Translations under genes and position numbers: made by a program
Assembly (NCBI GenBank): GCA_020846745.1
Contig: JADLDI010000048.1
Location: 3 to 64,002 of the forward strand
Source of the DNA: Bryobacterales bacterium
Lineage (GTDB): Bacteria > Acidobacteriota > Terriglobia > Bryobacterales > Bryobacteraceae
Length of the DNA stretch: 64,000 nt
Reading direction: 5' to 3'
Notes under the pieces: model-generated
The model's database searches: none
Seen by the model: only the letters and a program-made list of their open reading frames with translations
Told to the model about the DNA's origin: nothing
Shown: positions 15,576 through 26,464 of the stretch, piece after piece
Numbering within the stretch: position 1 is the first letter of the stretch
How the letters are laid out: each line of letters begins with the position of its first letter

Positions 15576-18317
15576 ATGAAGTACGTTTTGACTCTTGCAC
15601 TTGCGGCGACTAGCGCCTGGGCGGCCGCCGACTTCACCACGGGGCAGGCCGCGCGCCTGGTTATTGGCCAGCGCACGTTCACTGCCCAAGATCCGGGTAC
15701 GGCCAAGGAAGTATTGGGCGGGGTATCGGGAATTGCGTACGCCAACGACACACTGTTCGTAGTCGACTCGAACCGTTTGGGGATCGACCCGCAAAACCAT
15801 CGCATCCTTATATACAGGAACATTTCAAGCGCTTTTCCGGCACCGACGGCTGAGATTCCGCCTAACGCGGGCAGGTGTCCGGTATGCGTGGGCATTGCGG
15901 ATGTGGTTTTGGGTCAGCCCGACTTCACGACCAAAGACTTAAAGGCCGCCTCGGACAAAACCCTGCGCGCTCCCATGGGCATCGCGACAGACGGCACAAC
16001 CATCGCCGTGGCGGACACGGACAATAATCGAATTCTGATCTGGAGCACGATTCCGCAGACCAATCAAGCTGCGGCGAACGTCGTGCTGGGGCAGGCGAAC
16101 TTCACAAGCGTGGCGCCGAATGAAGGGCATCGCGATGTGCCGAGCAATCGGTCGATGAGGGCGCCCCAGGGCGTGTGGATTCAGAACCGGAAGCTGTTTG
16201 TCGCGGATACAGGGAACAACCGGATTCTGATTTGGAATTCGATTCCGACTTCGAACTTCCAGCCGGCCGACGTGGTGATTGGTCAACCGAACTTCAATAC
16301 GACTGTCCAGACGGACTTGACGCAATTGACGATACAGGCCGATCAAAAGAACCTGTACACGCCAGTGTCGGTGACCAGTGACGGTGTGCGGATGTATGTA
16401 TCGGACCTGGCATTCAACCGGGTGATGATCTGGAACACGATTCCGACTTCGAACAACACCGCCGCGGACGTGGTGCTTGGCCAACCGGACTTTACGCAGA
16501 GCACGTACAACAACTCGTCGAAGATGTGCGCATCGAATGGGACGGATAGCAATAACAATCCGACTTACCCAGAGAGCTGCCTGTCGACGTTAGGATTTCC
16601 CCGCTTCGCACTATCGGATGGCAAGCGGCTTTTCGTTTCCGACGGCGGTAACGATCGTATTCTGATCTGGAACACGATTCCGACGACAAACGGCGTTCCG
16701 GCGGACACCGTGCTGGGGCAGATCACGGCGACGATCAACTTGGTTTCCGACAGCGCGGATCCGCGCGGCGTAGCGAGTTCGGGGGCGGTACGAACGCCGG
16801 TTGGGCTGGCGTTTGACGGCCAGAACTTATATGCCACCGACCCGTTTAACCGGCGGGTATTGGTATTCACCATGGCCGAGCGGCAGGTTCCGAATTCCGG
16901 GGTGCGCAACGCGGCGTCGAGAGAAGTGTTCGCCGTGGGGGCGCTGACGTTTAGCGGCGAGGTGAAAGAAAACCAGGAAGTAGTGGTAAAGATCGCCGAC
17001 GCGCGCGAATACAAGTACAAAGCCGTTAAGGACGATACGTTTGAGAAGGTAATCCGGGGCGTGGTGGCGGCCATCAATGCCGGCAGCGGCGACCCGGACG
17101 TTTTGGCAACACCGAACCTGTCGCGATTGATGATCATCCTGACGGCTCGCAAGAGCGGTGAAGAAGGCAATAGCGTGACGGTTTCGGTGGCAGTGAACAA
17201 CGATGCATCGCTGGTGGTGTCGACCACTGGCGCGACACTGGCGGGCGGGCAGGACGCGGCGAAAATCGCGCCCGGCACCATCGTGTCGATTTTTGCGGCT
17301 CCAGATCAAACGTTGTCGGAAGGGACGGCATCCGCTCCGGCGGATGCGGAACAACTGCCCGATGAGCTGGCGGGCGTGCAGGTGTACTTCGACGGCATTC
17401 GTGCACCGCTGTTTTCGGTGTCGCCCACGGAGATCCGGGCACAGATTCCGTGGGAAGTTCTGGATACGGAGAGCATCAACGCGTACGTGCGGACGAGGCG
17501 GAACTCGGGCGAGGTGACGGTGACAGCAGCGGTTTCGGTACCGATCGTGTTATTCAACCCCGGCATTTTTGCGGTGGAAGGACAAGCCGACCCGCGGCCG
17601 GCGCTGGCGTTCCACGGCAGTTCAAAAGCGACAGGTACGGTATCGGTGGACGGTTCAGTGCGCGCCGGCGACGTGGCGACAGTGACGATCGAAGACCGGC
17701 CTTATCAGTACACGGTACAGACCGGCGACACGTTGAACTCGATCGCGCTGAAGCTAATCGATCTGATCAACGCCGATCCGAAGGTGGAAGCTTATCCGGC
17801 GGCGGCGTTCCTGTTTAGCGGGTCGACCACACGTATCCGGCTGCGCGCGCGGCAGCCTGGTCCGGATGGGAACGACATCCCGTACACCGCGAGTTCGCGC
17901 ACAGACGACCAAGTGATTCTGACGGCCACGACGCCGGCGTTGTGCTGTGCGAACAGTGGTCCGGTGACGGAACAGAACCCGGCCAACCCCGGCGAAACGA
18001 TCGTTGTTTACGCGACAGGTTTGGGACTGGTGAAACCGGAAGAGGGCAAGCAAGGCCAGAATACCGGACAGATCTACACGGGTCCGGAACTAAACGACCC
18101 GGTTGAATTCGTGTCGGCACTGGCGGGCGGCAAAACCGCGAATATCCTTTCCGCGGGGATGCGGCCGGGGTCCATTGGCCTGTTCGAGATCGCGTTGGAA
18201 TTGAATTCCGACTTGCCTACCGACCCGGCAATGCAGGTGACGATCGCGCAAGACGTTTACGTCTCGAACATCGTATCCGTGCCGATCGTAAACCTGAACC
18301 CACCGTCGACGCAGTAG
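15576..18317 (+). CDS. secreted NHL-repeat beta-propeller protein with Solibacter-type C-terminal domains
   Basis: Signal peptide MKYVLTLALAATSAWAA. Repeated VVLGQPDFT...NNRILIW NHL-like blades. C-terminal modules (PGTIVSIFA..LAGVQVYFDGIRAPLFSVSPTEIRAQIPWEV; GETIVVYATGLG) resemble TIGR03437. Confidence 0.8.
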   Translation: MKYVLTLALAATSAWAAADFTTGQAARLVIGQRTFTAQDPGTAKEVLGGVSGIAYANDTLFVVDSNRLGIDPQNHRILIYRNISSAFPAPTAEIPPNAGRCPVCVGIADVVLGQPDFTTKDLKAASDKTLRAPMGIATDGTTIAVADTDNNRILIWSTIPQTNQAAANVVLGQANFTSVAPNEGHRDVPSNRSMRAPQGVWIQNRKLFVADTGNNRILIWNSIPTSNFQPADVVIGQPNFNTTVQTDLTQLTIQADQKNLYTPVSVTSDGVRMYVSDLAFNRVMIWNTIPTSNNTAADVVLGQPDFTQSTYNNSSKMCASNGTDSNNNPTYPESCLSTLGFPRFALSDGKRLFVSDGGNDRILIWNTIPTTNGVPADTVLGQITATINLVSDSADPRGVASSGAVRTPVGLAFDGQNLYATDPFNRRVLVFTMAERQVPNSGVRNAASREVFAVGALTFSGEVKENQEVVVKIADAREYKYKAVKDDTFEKVIRGVVAAINAGSGDPDVLATPNLSRLMIILTARKSGEEGNSVTVSVAVNNDASLVVSTTGATLAGGQDAAKIAPGTIVSIFAAPDQTLSEGTASAPADAEQLPDELAGVQVYFDGIRAPLFSVSPTEIRAQIPWEVLDTESINAYVRTRRNSGEVTVTAAVSVPIVLFNPGIFAVEGQADPRPALAFHGSSKATGTVSVDGSVRAGDVATVTIEDRPYQYTVQTGDTLNSIALKLIDLINADPKVEAYPAAAFLFSGSTTRIRLRARQPGPDGNDIPYTASSRTDDQVILTATTPALCCANSGPVTEQNPANPGETIVVYATGLGLVKPEEGKQGQNTGQIYTGPELNDPVEFVSALAGGKTANILSAGMRPGSIGLFEIALELNSDLPTDPAMQVTIAQDVYVSNIVSVPIVNLNPPSTQ

Positions 18318-18335
18318 CGGCGGGTTGCGCGGCAG

Positions 18336-18698
18336 TCACTGGACAGCCCGGCGGTATCCGCCGTTGGCTAACGCCTTTGCGGCTAATTCCTCTTGCGTGG
18401 GGTCGACGTAGAAGAAGGCTCCGGCGCGTTCGCTGCGAAAGATGAGGCCTCCGGCGTAGTAGTCGACTTCGATGGCATAGTCGATGCCTGCGTCATCGAA
18501 CGCTTTCTCAACGGCTTTGGCCTCGCGCAGCTTCTTTCCTATGTAGATGAGGACAAGTTCCTTGTCGCCGAAGAAGTCGGGTTCGCGTCGCAAATCACAG
18601 TGTATCGTGGGGATTCGCGCGGCTTGACTGGTACAATAGAGGTTTCCCTCGTATTCTCCAATGCCCATTCCACGTCGTGAGTACGACCGTACGATCAA
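18336..18698 (-). CDS. hypothetical protein
   Basis: ORF only, with no recognisable motifs. Its 5' end overlaps the divergent DinB-like gene, so the true start is probably internal. Confidence 0.4.
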   Translation of the reverse strand: MIVRSYSRRGMGIGEYEGNLYCTSQAARIPTIHCDLRREPDFFGDKELVLIYIGKKLREAKAVEKAFDDAGIDYAIEVDYYAGGLIFRSERAGAFFYVDPTQEELAAKALANGGYRRAVQ

Positions 18699-19269
18699 CG
18701 CCGAAATCGAGCGGCTTCAGTATCAAGTGCATGTCATCCGACAGGATGCCGATGGTCTGTTCTGGGGCCTGACGGATGCTCAATTCAACTGGTCGCCGTC
18801 ACCGGGCCGGTGGTCGATGGCGCAGTGCTTTGATCATTTGAACGTCACGAACGAGCTATTTTTACGGCAGTTCGAGACAGCCATGCGCCAGGGCCGCGCC
18901 GCAGGCCTGCTCGGCGACGGTCCATACACTTACGGTTTGCTGGCACGCTGGTTTTACCGGCTGACGCAGCCTCCGGTCAAGCGGCGCTTCAAAGCACCCG
19001 CAGAATTCGCACCCAAAGCCGGTACGAAGACGCTGGCTGATGTCGTAGCGGAGTGGAAGCGAACTCACGACCACTTTGAGCAACTGCTGAAAGATGCGAG
19101 CGGATTGGACCTGGCTAAGATCAAAGTTCCGTCGCCCGCCACGGGGTTGCTGAAGTTTAACCTCGGCATGGCGTTTTGGATCATGACGGGTCATGACCGG
19201 CGCCACATCTGGCAGGCGCGCGAGGTGCGGAACAGCGCCGGCTTTCCTGCCGGCGCTGCTGCGGCCTGA
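18661..19269 (+). CDS. DinB-family (DinB_2-like) protein
   Basis: 202 aa. FNWSPSPGRWSMAQCFDHL and C-terminal MTGHDRRH resemble the His-containing four-helix DinB fold. Confidence 0.7.
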   Translation: MPIPRREYDRTINAEIERLQYQVHVIRQDADGLFWGLTDAQFNWSPSPGRWSMAQCFDHLNVTNELFLRQFETAMRQGRAAGLLGDGPYTYGLLARWFYRLTQPPVKRRFKAPAEFAPKAGTKTLADVVAEWKRTHDHFEQLLKDASGLDLAKIKVPSPATGLLKFNLGMAFWIMTGHDRRHIWQAREVRNSAGFPAGAAAA

Positions 19270-19353
19270 AACACTTCCCTACCCTACCCCGACGTAGCCC
19301 TTGGTCCCGTCTGGTCAGGAATGCGACACGCGGTGTGACCGAGTGTTCCGCAC

Positions 19354-19710
19354 CTATTGAATTTCTATCTTGGTTTTTGTTCCACCGAGGTCGATTTGCT
19401 TGAGCAGGGTGGCGCCGTTCTCGGCTTTCATCGACAGTTTGGTGGTGTGGAACTTCTTGTCGACAGTACTAATGGTGGCCGGAATCTCAAAGCGCTCGGT
19501 TTTGCCTTTGGGGGTAAGGATAATCTTTGTCTGCTCAACGGTAACTTCGTACCTGCCCTGGTGGAGGGCGACGTTACCGGCCTTGACGTCCTCGCTCAGT
19601 TGCAAGACGTAAGTCTTCGCACGAGGTGCGGCACCTGATTTAGGGTTGTTCGCGGCGCTCAGTGAAGTAACAAGAAGAATCGCAGGAACAAGATATTTGA
19701 GTAATTTCAT
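19354..19710 (-). CDS. small secreted hypothetical protein
   Basis: 118 aa from MKLLKYLVPAILLVTSLSA (signal peptide). No recognisable domain. Confidence 0.55.
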   Translation of the reverse strand: MKLLKYLVPAILLVTSLSAANNPKSGAAPRAKTYVLQLSEDVKAGNVALHQGRYEVTVEQTKIILTPKGKTERFEIPATISTVDKKFHTTKLSMKAENGATLLKQIDLGGTKTKIEIQ

Positions 19711-19819
19711 GTTGTAATTAGGTCCTTTCCGTAAGGTCACGGAGGGTTGACACCTGTTAGGACGCCGGAGTAACGGAGACGGTTATCGGTTAAATAAGCA
19801 TTAATTGACTGTGAGGACG

Positions 19820-21424
19820 TCAGGCGACCAAGCCGTTATGGGAACCGCAGATGGCAACTTCCAGGCCTAACTCGCGGAAGGCTGCGGCTTTGGCGGCTAG
19901 CGCTTTGTTGGCGGTTTCAGCATTTCTGGCGTACGCGACCTGTATGTGATTGGACTTATGGCGGGCCATTAGTTGGTCGCGGCTTACGCCATAGGTTACG
20001 GCGTGCATGATCGGCCACTGGGGAGTGGTGATATTCCAGCGGCGTTCGGTTTCGGACTGGGGGAGTTCGACTACCTTGGCGCGGCCGAGGTCGGCGCACA
20101 GTTTGCCGTTATCGACAAAAACCCGGCTCCAGACGATTTCGCCGGGTTTGGAGACACCCTTAAGGCTGCCGCCGCCCGCGGGGAAGTACATCGGAGGTTG
20201 TCGTTCGCTGGAGGCTCCCTTGTAGCCGCCGATGAGATGTTGCGGAGGCACGGCCCCGCTGATTTCAAAGACCCAGACGAATTCTCCGTTGTAGTCTTCG
20301 CCATAGCGGACATCGTGGAGGGTGTTTTCGGGATCGAGGCCGAGGGCGCGCCACAGGCGGTAGGTGAGCAGACCGTCGAGGCCGGCGCATTCATCCACTT
20401 CGTTGAAGTGAGGCAATGCCTCACCTTCGTACAGCACGCGGCCGTTGCTGGCTGCTTTCACCGGAGGCCGGTCCACATTGTTGAGGATGCCTTCGACAAG
20501 GTCCGATGCGGGGGCGAGGTCCTTCAGACCTTGCTGGTATTGGATGCCGACCGTGTCGCAGCCGAACTCGTCGGCGATCCGGAGGACGGCGATGTACATC
20601 TTCGACTGGTCGAGGATCTGAGCATCGGTGAGTTGAGTGCCCGGATCGGCGCCGGTGACGAACTTCATGCCCTTGGCGTCGAGCCACGAACGAATTGCGG
20701 CGGCTTCCTCATCGGGAACGGTGCGCATGGCGGCGAACAGGGCGGATTGGCTGAGGCGTTCCTTAAACAAGCCGGTCCGGTGGAGGAGTTCGTCGGGGAT
20801 GATGGCGTTATACATTCCCATACAGCCTTCATCGAAAACGCCCATAATCGCCTTGCGGTGGTGGAGAGCTTGCGCAATGGAGACGCCTACCGCTTCGGCG
20901 TCGGCAGGGAGTTGAAGAGACGAGAGCGGATGGACATGGGTGAGGTCGTGTTGAAGGGGGTCGCCGTTCAGCCAGCGGTTGAGCTTTCCCAGGAAGAAGT
21001 CATCCTGGAAGTCGACACTCCAGAGCGTGTCGTATTTCACACCGGCTTTGGTGAGCGAGGCGTTGAGGTTGAGCATGCCGACGAGACCGGGCCACTGGCC
21101 GCTCCAGTTGGCGACGGTGAGGATGGGTCCTTTGTGCGTATAAAGGCCGTGCAGGACGTGATGGCTGTATTGCCAGACCGCTTCCACAACGACGAGGGGC
21201 GCGCCGGCCGGAATCTGGCGGAAGACTTCCATGCCGCGCTTTTGACTGTCGATGAATCCGTGCTGTTTTTCGGGGTCGTACTCGTGGCCGCGAACGACCT
21301 GACGGCCCAGTTTGGCGAAAGCCGCAATGACGGCTTCTTCCGCCTTCTGCTGGGCGGGCCAGCACATACGATTGGCTGACAGACGTAGATCACCACTGGC
21401 GACGAGGTAGATATTTTCGGACAT
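19820..21424 (-). CDS. L-fucose/L-arabinose isomerase-like family protein
   Basis: 534 aa from [18 protein letters not shown]. The overall resemblance is to FucI-like sugar isomerases; the specific substrate cannot be called. Confidence 0.65.
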   Translation of the reverse strand: MSENIYLVASGDLRLSANRMCWPAQQKAEEAVIAAFAKLGRQVVRGHEYDPEKQHGFIDSQKRGMEVFRQIPAGAPLVVVEAVWQYSHHVLHGLYTHKGPILTVANWSGQWPGLVGMLNLNASLTKAGVKYDTLWSVDFQDDFFLGKLNRWLNGDPLQHDLTHVHPLSSLQLPADAEAVGVSIAQALHHRKAIMGVFDEGCMGMYNAIIPDELLHRTGLFKERLSQSALFAAMRTVPDEEAAAIRSWLDAKGMKFVTGADPGTQLTDAQILDQSKMYIAVLRIADEFGCDTVGIQYQQGLKDLAPASDLVEGILNNVDRPPVKAASNGRVLYEGEALPHFNEVDECAGLDGLLTYRLWRALGLDPENTLHDVRYGEDYNGEFVWVFEISGAVPPQHLIGGYKGASSERQPPMYFPAGGGSLKGVSKPGEIVWSRVFVDNGKLCADLGRAKVVELPQSETERRWNITTPQWPIMHAVTYGVSRDQLMARHKSNHIQVAYARNAETANKALAAKAAAFRELGLEVAICGSHNGLVA

Positions 21425-21540
21425 CACTCTATTATTTTGACACTGTTCGATGGTGCCGTGACACACAAAAGCAGGTGTGGCAAAGGCATGAAGAACGATG
21501 TGATGCGGTGAGGTCGCCGACCTTTCATCGGGATCCAATC

Positions 21541-21647
21541 AGGGCCTGTCCCCGGTTCCGCGGTTTGTCCCCGGTTCCGCGGTTATCCCGGTTATCCGCG
21601 GTTATCCGGGGCTGTCCCCGATCGGTTATCCGGGGCTGTCCCCGATT
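21541..21647. repeat. REP cluster (four direct GTCCCCG cores)
   Basis: AGGGCCTGTCCCCGG, TTTGTCCCCGGTTCCGCGG, and GGGGCTGTCCCCGAT twice. The core is the same as in the REP pairs flanking the RAYT gene at 27.1-28.1 kb. Confidence 0.75.
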
Positions 21648-21693
21648 GAAGCGCAAGACCGGGGCGGGGATGGGCGGTACGGGGCGAGGGGAG

Positions 21694-22377
21694 TCAGATC
21701 TGGGTTTGCTGGCGGGCGACGACGGTGGAAGAGGAGGAGGAAGCGGCGGCCATGGCGCGTTTGCGCTTCCGTTCGACCGCGAGGAGTTCCTTGCGGCGGC
21801 GCTGCTTGACGCCTTCGTCGACCTTATGCCAGAACTTGCGGAAGTACATTCCGGCCGAGACGATCGAGAAGAAAACGACCAGCCACATACAAATGGAAGC
21901 GGCAGTGCGCAGTTCAGGCATGCGCATAGCGAGCAGGGTCAAGGAGACGGCGACGACTTGGGACACCATCTTGGTTTTGCCGAGGTCGCTGGCCTTGATG
22001 GTATAGCCGGCCGACGCGGCGATGGACCTCAGGCCCGAGATGGCGAACTCTCGACCGATGACCAGGATAGCCATCCAACCCGGCATAGCCCGTTCCTGAA
22101 CGAGCGAGATGAGCGCGGCGGAGATGAGCAGTTTGTCGGCGATAGGATCAAGGAGGGTGCCGACAGTTGTAATCTGTCCCCAGCGGCGGGCGAGCCAGCC
22201 GTCGAGCAGATCTGTGGCAGCGGCGGCGAGGAAGATGCCAAGGGCGAGGATTTCGTTTGTGATGGCAACGGAATCCAGCCGCAGAACCCAAGAGTCCTGG
22301 ACCAGCGCCGCGACGAGGAGCGGCACGAAAAAGATCCGCAGAAGAGTCAAGACATTCGGCAGATTCATCCGTGACAA
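21694..22377 (-). CDS. pgsA: CDP-diacylglycerol--glycerol-3-phosphate 3-phosphatidyltransferase
   Basis: NLPNVLTLLRIFFVP and the CDP-alcohol phosphatidyltransferase motif DLLDGWLARRWGQITTVGTLLDPIADK. Confidence 0.9.
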   Translation of the reverse strand: MSRMNLPNVLTLLRIFFVPLLVAALVQDSWVLRLDSVAITNEILALGIFLAAAATDLLDGWLARRWGQITTVGTLLDPIADKLLISAALISLVQERAMPGWMAILVIGREFAISGLRSIAASAGYTIKASDLGKTKMVSQVVAVSLTLLAMRMPELRTAASICMWLVVFFSIVSAGMYFRKFWHKVDEGVKQRRRKELLAVERKRKRAMAAASSSSSTVVARQQTQI

Positions 22378-22382
22378 ATCAA

Positions 22383-23735
22383 CTATAACAGGACCGGGGA
22401 TTGGGTCCGGACAAAATTGCTAAGTTGGCGTTTCAGCGATTCCGAAGCCTCGGCGCGGATGTAGCAACTATCGCCAGTCCAGTGCTCTTCGAGAACACGG
22501 CCGTATTCATGCAAAAGGTGGCGTTGGGAGCCGGCAGAGGGCGGGAATTCGAACCAGTCGACCGAAAGCGGATCGACCGGAAGTAGCTGGTCGACCATGG
22601 CAAGCAGGCGGCCAACCCCTTCTCCAGTGGCAGCAGAAACGGCCACAACACCGGGTTCGCCGATGTTGGACCCGGAGTCGGTGGGATCGGCGGAGGCGAG
22701 CAGGCGGCGCGCGACGGCTTTGAGTTCCGGCGCATCGGGCGGGTGCGGCAGCAAATCGACTTTGTTGAGGACAAGGATTTGCGCGGTTTGGCCCGAATTG
22801 ATGTCGCGGAGAACCTCCATCACCTGAGCAGTATGTTCAGCGGCCCAGGCGGAGTTGATGTCGACAACATGAAGCAGGAGCGACGACTCGCCGACCTCTT
22901 CCAAGGTCGCACGAAACGCTTTCACCAAGGTTGGCGGTAGGTTCCGGATAAATCCAACCGTATCGGAAAGCAGAGCACGGCGGCGGGAGGGAAGAACCAG
23001 ATGACGGACCGTAGGATCGAGCGTCGCGAACATGCGCGCGTCGGCGAGTACTTCCGATCCTGTCAGCCGGTTGAATAGGGAGGATTTACCGGCGTTGGTG
23101 TAACCGACAAGGGCGACGGTAGCCAAGGGAACGGAGCGGCGTTGCCGGCGCTGGACGCCACGATGGCGGCGAACGCGTTCGAGGTCGCTTTCGATTCGGC
23201 TGATGCGGCGGTAGATGCGGCGGCGGTCCGTTTCGAGCTGCGTTTCACCAGGACCTCGCGTGCCGATACCACCGCCGAGGCGGGACATGGCAGTTCCCCG
23301 CCCCGTGAGGCGCGGCAGCAGATAATTCAGTTGAGCAAGTTCGACCTGCAGTTGCCCTTCGCGTGTGCGTGCACGGCGGGCAAAGATGTCAAGAATGAGC
23401 TGCGTACGGTCAAGTACTTTGCAGGGAAGCGCCTTTTCCAGGTTCCGCAGCTGGGTCGGGGTGAGGTCGCGATCGAAGAGGCACAGGTCGGCTTGGAGCG
23501 CTTTCACCTCCTCGCCGAGTTCCTCCACCTTTCCACTGCCGATAAGGGTGGCGGCGACGGGTTTGTCGCGAGTTTGCAGGTGGGTAGAGACGACTTCGGC
23601 ACCGGCGCTTTCGGCCAGAACCTGAAGTTCCTGCAGGGATTCCTCAGCCGTAGGCTCCGTAGCGGAATCGCTCGGCCTGTGATTCAGATCGAGGCCGACC
23701 AGAATGGCTTTTTCTTTCGGTGCGCTCACGGTCAC
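22383..23735 (-). CDS. hflX: GTPase HflX
   Basis: DRTQLILDIFARRARTREGQLQVELAQLNYLLPRL, GPGETQLETDRRRI and P-loop GYTNAGKSSLFN. It lies immediately downstream of hfq. Confidence 0.95.
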   Translation of the reverse strand: MTVSAPKEKAILVGLDLNHRPSDSATEPTAEESLQELQVLAESAGAEVVSTHLQTRDKPVAATLIGSGKVEELGEEVKALQADLCLFDRDLTPTQLRNLEKALPCKVLDRTQLILDIFARRARTREGQLQVELAQLNYLLPRLTGRGTAMSRLGGGIGTRGPGETQLETDRRRIYRRISRIESDLERVRRHRGVQRRQRRSVPLATVALVGYTNAGKSSLFNRLTGSEVLADARMFATLDPTVRHLVLPSRRRALLSDTVGFIRNLPPTLVKAFRATLEEVGESSLLLHVVDINSAWAAEHTAQVMEVLRDINSGQTAQILVLNKVDLLPHPPDAPELKAVARRLLASADPTDSGSNIGEPGVVAVSAATGEGVGRLLAMVDQLLPVDPLSVDWFEFPPSAGSQRHLLHEYGRVLEEHWTGDSCYIRAEASESLKRQLSNFVRTQSPVLL

Positions 23736-23774
23736 GGGTTCACTCTCATCAGCCCCAAGGAGCGCAGAATGGAG

Positions 23775-24077
23775 TTACTCCTGGGCTTCGCCGCCAGACA
23801 TGCCGACCGGGTGACCGGGTGTAGAAGGACCGACGCCGGCAGCACTATGCATAGTGGACCCGCTATGGGTGGGACGCGCTACCACGACAGTAGAAATAGC
23901 GTGCTTGAAGATTAATTGCTCTTGGTTGTTGGACTCAAGGACGACGGAATACTTGTCAAAGCTCTTGATGCGGCCTGAGAGCTTAACTCCGCTCATCAAG
24001 TAAATCGTGAGAAAGATTCGCTCCTTACGCGCGCTGTTCAGGAACGCCTCTTGTATGTTTTGGGCTAGCTTTTCCAT
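23775..24077 (-). CDS. hfq: RNA chaperone Hfq
   Basis: Sm motifs [42 protein letters not shown]...[12 protein letters not shown], followed by a ~30-aa C-terminal tail. Confidence 0.95.
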   Translation of the reverse strand: MEKLAQNIQEAFLNSARKERIFLTIYLMSGVKLSGRIKSFDKYSVVLESNNQEQLIFKHAISTVVVARPTHSGSTMHSAAGVGPSTPGHPVGMSGGEAQE

Positions 24078-24226
24078 TTATTTTTCCTTTTGACCCGGCG
24101 TTGAAAGAACTGATGACGCTGGCACGCAGCCGAACTGCGGCACCTGCTCCGATACTCACACCCCGCCCTCACCGATTGTACATCAGTTTGCTAGGAAATC
24201 AATCAGTTAGGCGTGATGAGGCGTAC

Positions 24227-24535
24227 TTACTCGTCGTCGTGGTGGTGCTGCTGATCGGCGGCGTGCGAAGTACTAGACGTTCTAAGCAGGGATTCGAGGT
24301 CCGCACGGGAAATAGTACGAGGGCGGCCGGAACTGAGCACAACGGGTTCAAGCGAGAACTGATGTGCGGCGGCCAGTTCCTGTTCAAGATCGATCGGCGG
24401 AGCGGATGAGATTTGAGGCGAAGGCACCTTAGCGATGCCGTGTTCGTCGATGACGCACTGGAAAGCGTCGCCAAAATTGAATTTGATTCGGGACTGCTGC
24501 TGAATGGCGAACTTGCGAAGGTCTTGGAGCTTCAT
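24227..24535 (-). CDS. hypothetical protein
   Basis: ORF only. It has an acidic/His-rich C-terminus (QQHHHDDE). Confidence 0.45.
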   Translation of the reverse strand: MKLQDLRKFAIQQQSRIKFNFGDAFQCVIDEHGIAKVPSPQISSAPPIDLEQELAAAHQFSLEPVVLSSGRPRTISRADLESLLRTSSTSHAADQQHHHDDE

Positions 24536-24538
24536 CCG

Positions 24539-25120
24539 TTACTGCTTTTTAATCGGCATCTCGTAGACGTAAAGGGTGTGCTCGCGCCGCAGTGCGTGCA
24601 CCCGCTCGGTCCGAGTGGGTATCCAGCCGCGGATTTGATAATCGTGGGAGACGACGCGTGCGCCGGGTTTAAGATACTTTTCCAGGTTGGGGCGAAGCAG
24701 GTCGTTGGAAGTGGTCAGCAGGTAGAGAGTTACGACGTCGGCGGAGGACAGGTCGGCCTGAAGGAGGTCACCCTCAATGATCTTTACCTGATTATCAAGT
24801 TTGAGCCTTCGAATATGCTCCTGCGACGATTTGACGGCTGACGAGGAGATTTCAATACCAACTGCCTTCGCACCAAAGCGCTGGGCGGCCATAACGAGCA
24901 CACGGCCATCGCCGGAGCCGAGATCGTAAAGCGTCTCGCCGGGCTTCAGATGAGCCACATCGAGCATCCGCTCGACCACGTTTTCTGGAGACGCAACAGA
25001 AGGGGCCAATTGCTTAACTGGATTCGTGTCGAGTTTCATCTGGCCGAAGACGAGCACGGGCGAGAGTGCCGCCGCGGCGGCGACGATCAAGAAGCCACGA
25101 AGATTCATAAATCTGATCAC
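24539..25120 (-). CDS. class I SAM-dependent methyltransferase
   Basis: SAM-binding motif I TLYDLGSGDGRVLVMAAQRFGAKAVGIEIS, with an N-terminal hydrophobic segment. Confidence 0.8.
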   Translation of the reverse strand: MIRFMNLRGFLIVAAAAALSPVLVFGQMKLDTNPVKQLAPSVASPENVVERMLDVAHLKPGETLYDLGSGDGRVLVMAAQRFGAKAVGIEISSSAVKSSQEHIRRLKLDNQVKIIEGDLLQADLSSADVVTLYLLTTSNDLLRPNLEKYLKPGARVVSHDYQIRGWIPTRTERVHALRREHTLYVYEMPIKKQ

Positions 25121-25126
25121 AACTCC

Positions 25127-26338
25127 CTATTTAGAAGAGACTGATGCGACCTGTTTGCCGTTTCTCGATTTTACTATGCGTGACACCATTTCGGTGACGG
25201 CATACCACAGGTCTCGCGGACGGGAGATGGTGTATTCGGTTCCTTTAAAGAATTTTACGGCATTGCCGATCGCGTCTCGCCAAGGCTGTGCCTGCGGGTT
25301 GAGGACGTAATTCATGTAGAAGAGCGGATACTCCAAGTCTCCGACTCGCTTCAGGTCCTCTTCGGGGACATTGCTGGACAGCAGGGCTTTCGGGCCGGCG
25401 AAGATAACCGCGTCGGGACGCTTGCCGCTTGCCGGCAGTTCCTTCGACAGCAGTTCGGCGAGGAACTGCGTCTCGCTGTTCTTGACAGCCAGGTGTTTCA
25501 GGTCAACCGTTCCCAGGCTGACACTGTTGAGAGATTCCCCTAGGGCCTTGAAGTCGATTCGATCGGCACTGTCCTGGCGGAAGAACACCCGCTGATCCTG
25601 CATATTGAAGGCAACAATGGAGTAATGTCCGATACGAGGTTCGCGGTTCAGGGACCGAAGCATCGAGACCAACGCGGCCGTATCCAAGGGCCGCATGGCA
25701 GCTGCGGTGACCTTTTGCGGGGCGAAGTTGACCAGAATCTTAACGTTTAGGAGCGCGTCGCCAGTGCTTCGTTCGACGGGCGGATCTTCATGGAACTGTT
25801 CACCATGGGTAGGCTCAATCAGGCCGGGGTTGATGCCAACTGCGATCTGTTTGTCGCGGGTGGGAAGAGAAGCTTCGGTGTCCCAGGAGAAAGAACAGAC
25901 GCGCTCGGCACGGTCGCGCATGAGCCAATCGATGTGGTATTTTCCTTCGCCCACGTCAAACGATCCCTGCAGGACTGCATCTCCCTTGGCTTCCTCTTCG
26001 ATGGTAGGGACGCGAATCCTCTGAACGAAGTAGTTGGGAGATTCCGGGCGGCCTTCGGGGTACACGCGGAACAATATCGTCAGCAGGTTCTCATTCCCCG
26101 CGATTTCGCGAAGAGGTAGAGAGACGTCGTAGCCGCCGTGGAACCGAAGGTCGAAGCCCAGGAAGGGCTTTTCAGGGCTGACGACGCACGGCAGATCTTT
26201 CCGTGTTTCGCCCGCCTCGAAGACGGCGAGGTCAGTGTTGTGGATACGAACAAGTCCGCCTTCTCCTTTGATTAGGATCTGAGCATTAGCAGAAGCTATC
26301 AGAAGACCGAAGAAAAAAACGCTGCGACCGGGCATCAC
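25127..26338 (-). CDS. secreted hypothetical protein (possible VWA-like C-terminal half)
   Basis: Signal peptide MMPGRSVFFFGLLIASANA. No firm motif; the VWA suggestion is weak. Confidence 0.55.
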   Translation of the reverse strand: MMPGRSVFFFGLLIASANAQILIKGEGGLVRIHNTDLAVFEAGETRKDLPCVVSPEKPFLGFDLRFHGGYDVSLPLREIAGNENLLTILFRVYPEGRPESPNYFVQRIRVPTIEEEAKGDAVLQGSFDVGEGKYHIDWLMRDRAERVCSFSWDTEASLPTRDKQIAVGINPGLIEPTHGEQFHEDPPVERSTGDALLNVKILVNFAPQKVTAAAMRPLDTAALVSMLRSLNREPRIGHYSIVAFNMQDQRVFFRQDSADRIDFKALGESLNSVSLGTVDLKHLAVKNSETQFLAELLSKELPASGKRPDAVIFAGPKALLSSNVPEEDLKRVGDLEYPLFYMNYVLNPQAQPWRDAIGNAVKFFKGTEYTISRPRDLWYAVTEMVSRIVKSRNGKQVASVSSK

Positions 26339-26464
26339 CTCTAGCGCCTTTATGCAACCCGACTGCCACCACCGACACGACTAGCGCCTCTACGGAGGTA
26401 CCGATCCGCGTCCCTTTCGATTATGTAACAAAGTGTTCGAAACTCAAGTAAAAAGGAGGGTAGA

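Noticed and set aside
19973-21379. 468-aa ORF on the plus strand.
   Set aside because: It is a shadow ORF antisense to the sugar-isomerase-like gene.
21475-22374. 299-aa ORF spanning the REP cluster and running antisense to pgsA.
   Set aside because: It reads through repetitive REP DNA and lies opposite a gene with a clear CDP-alcohol phosphatidyltransferase motif.
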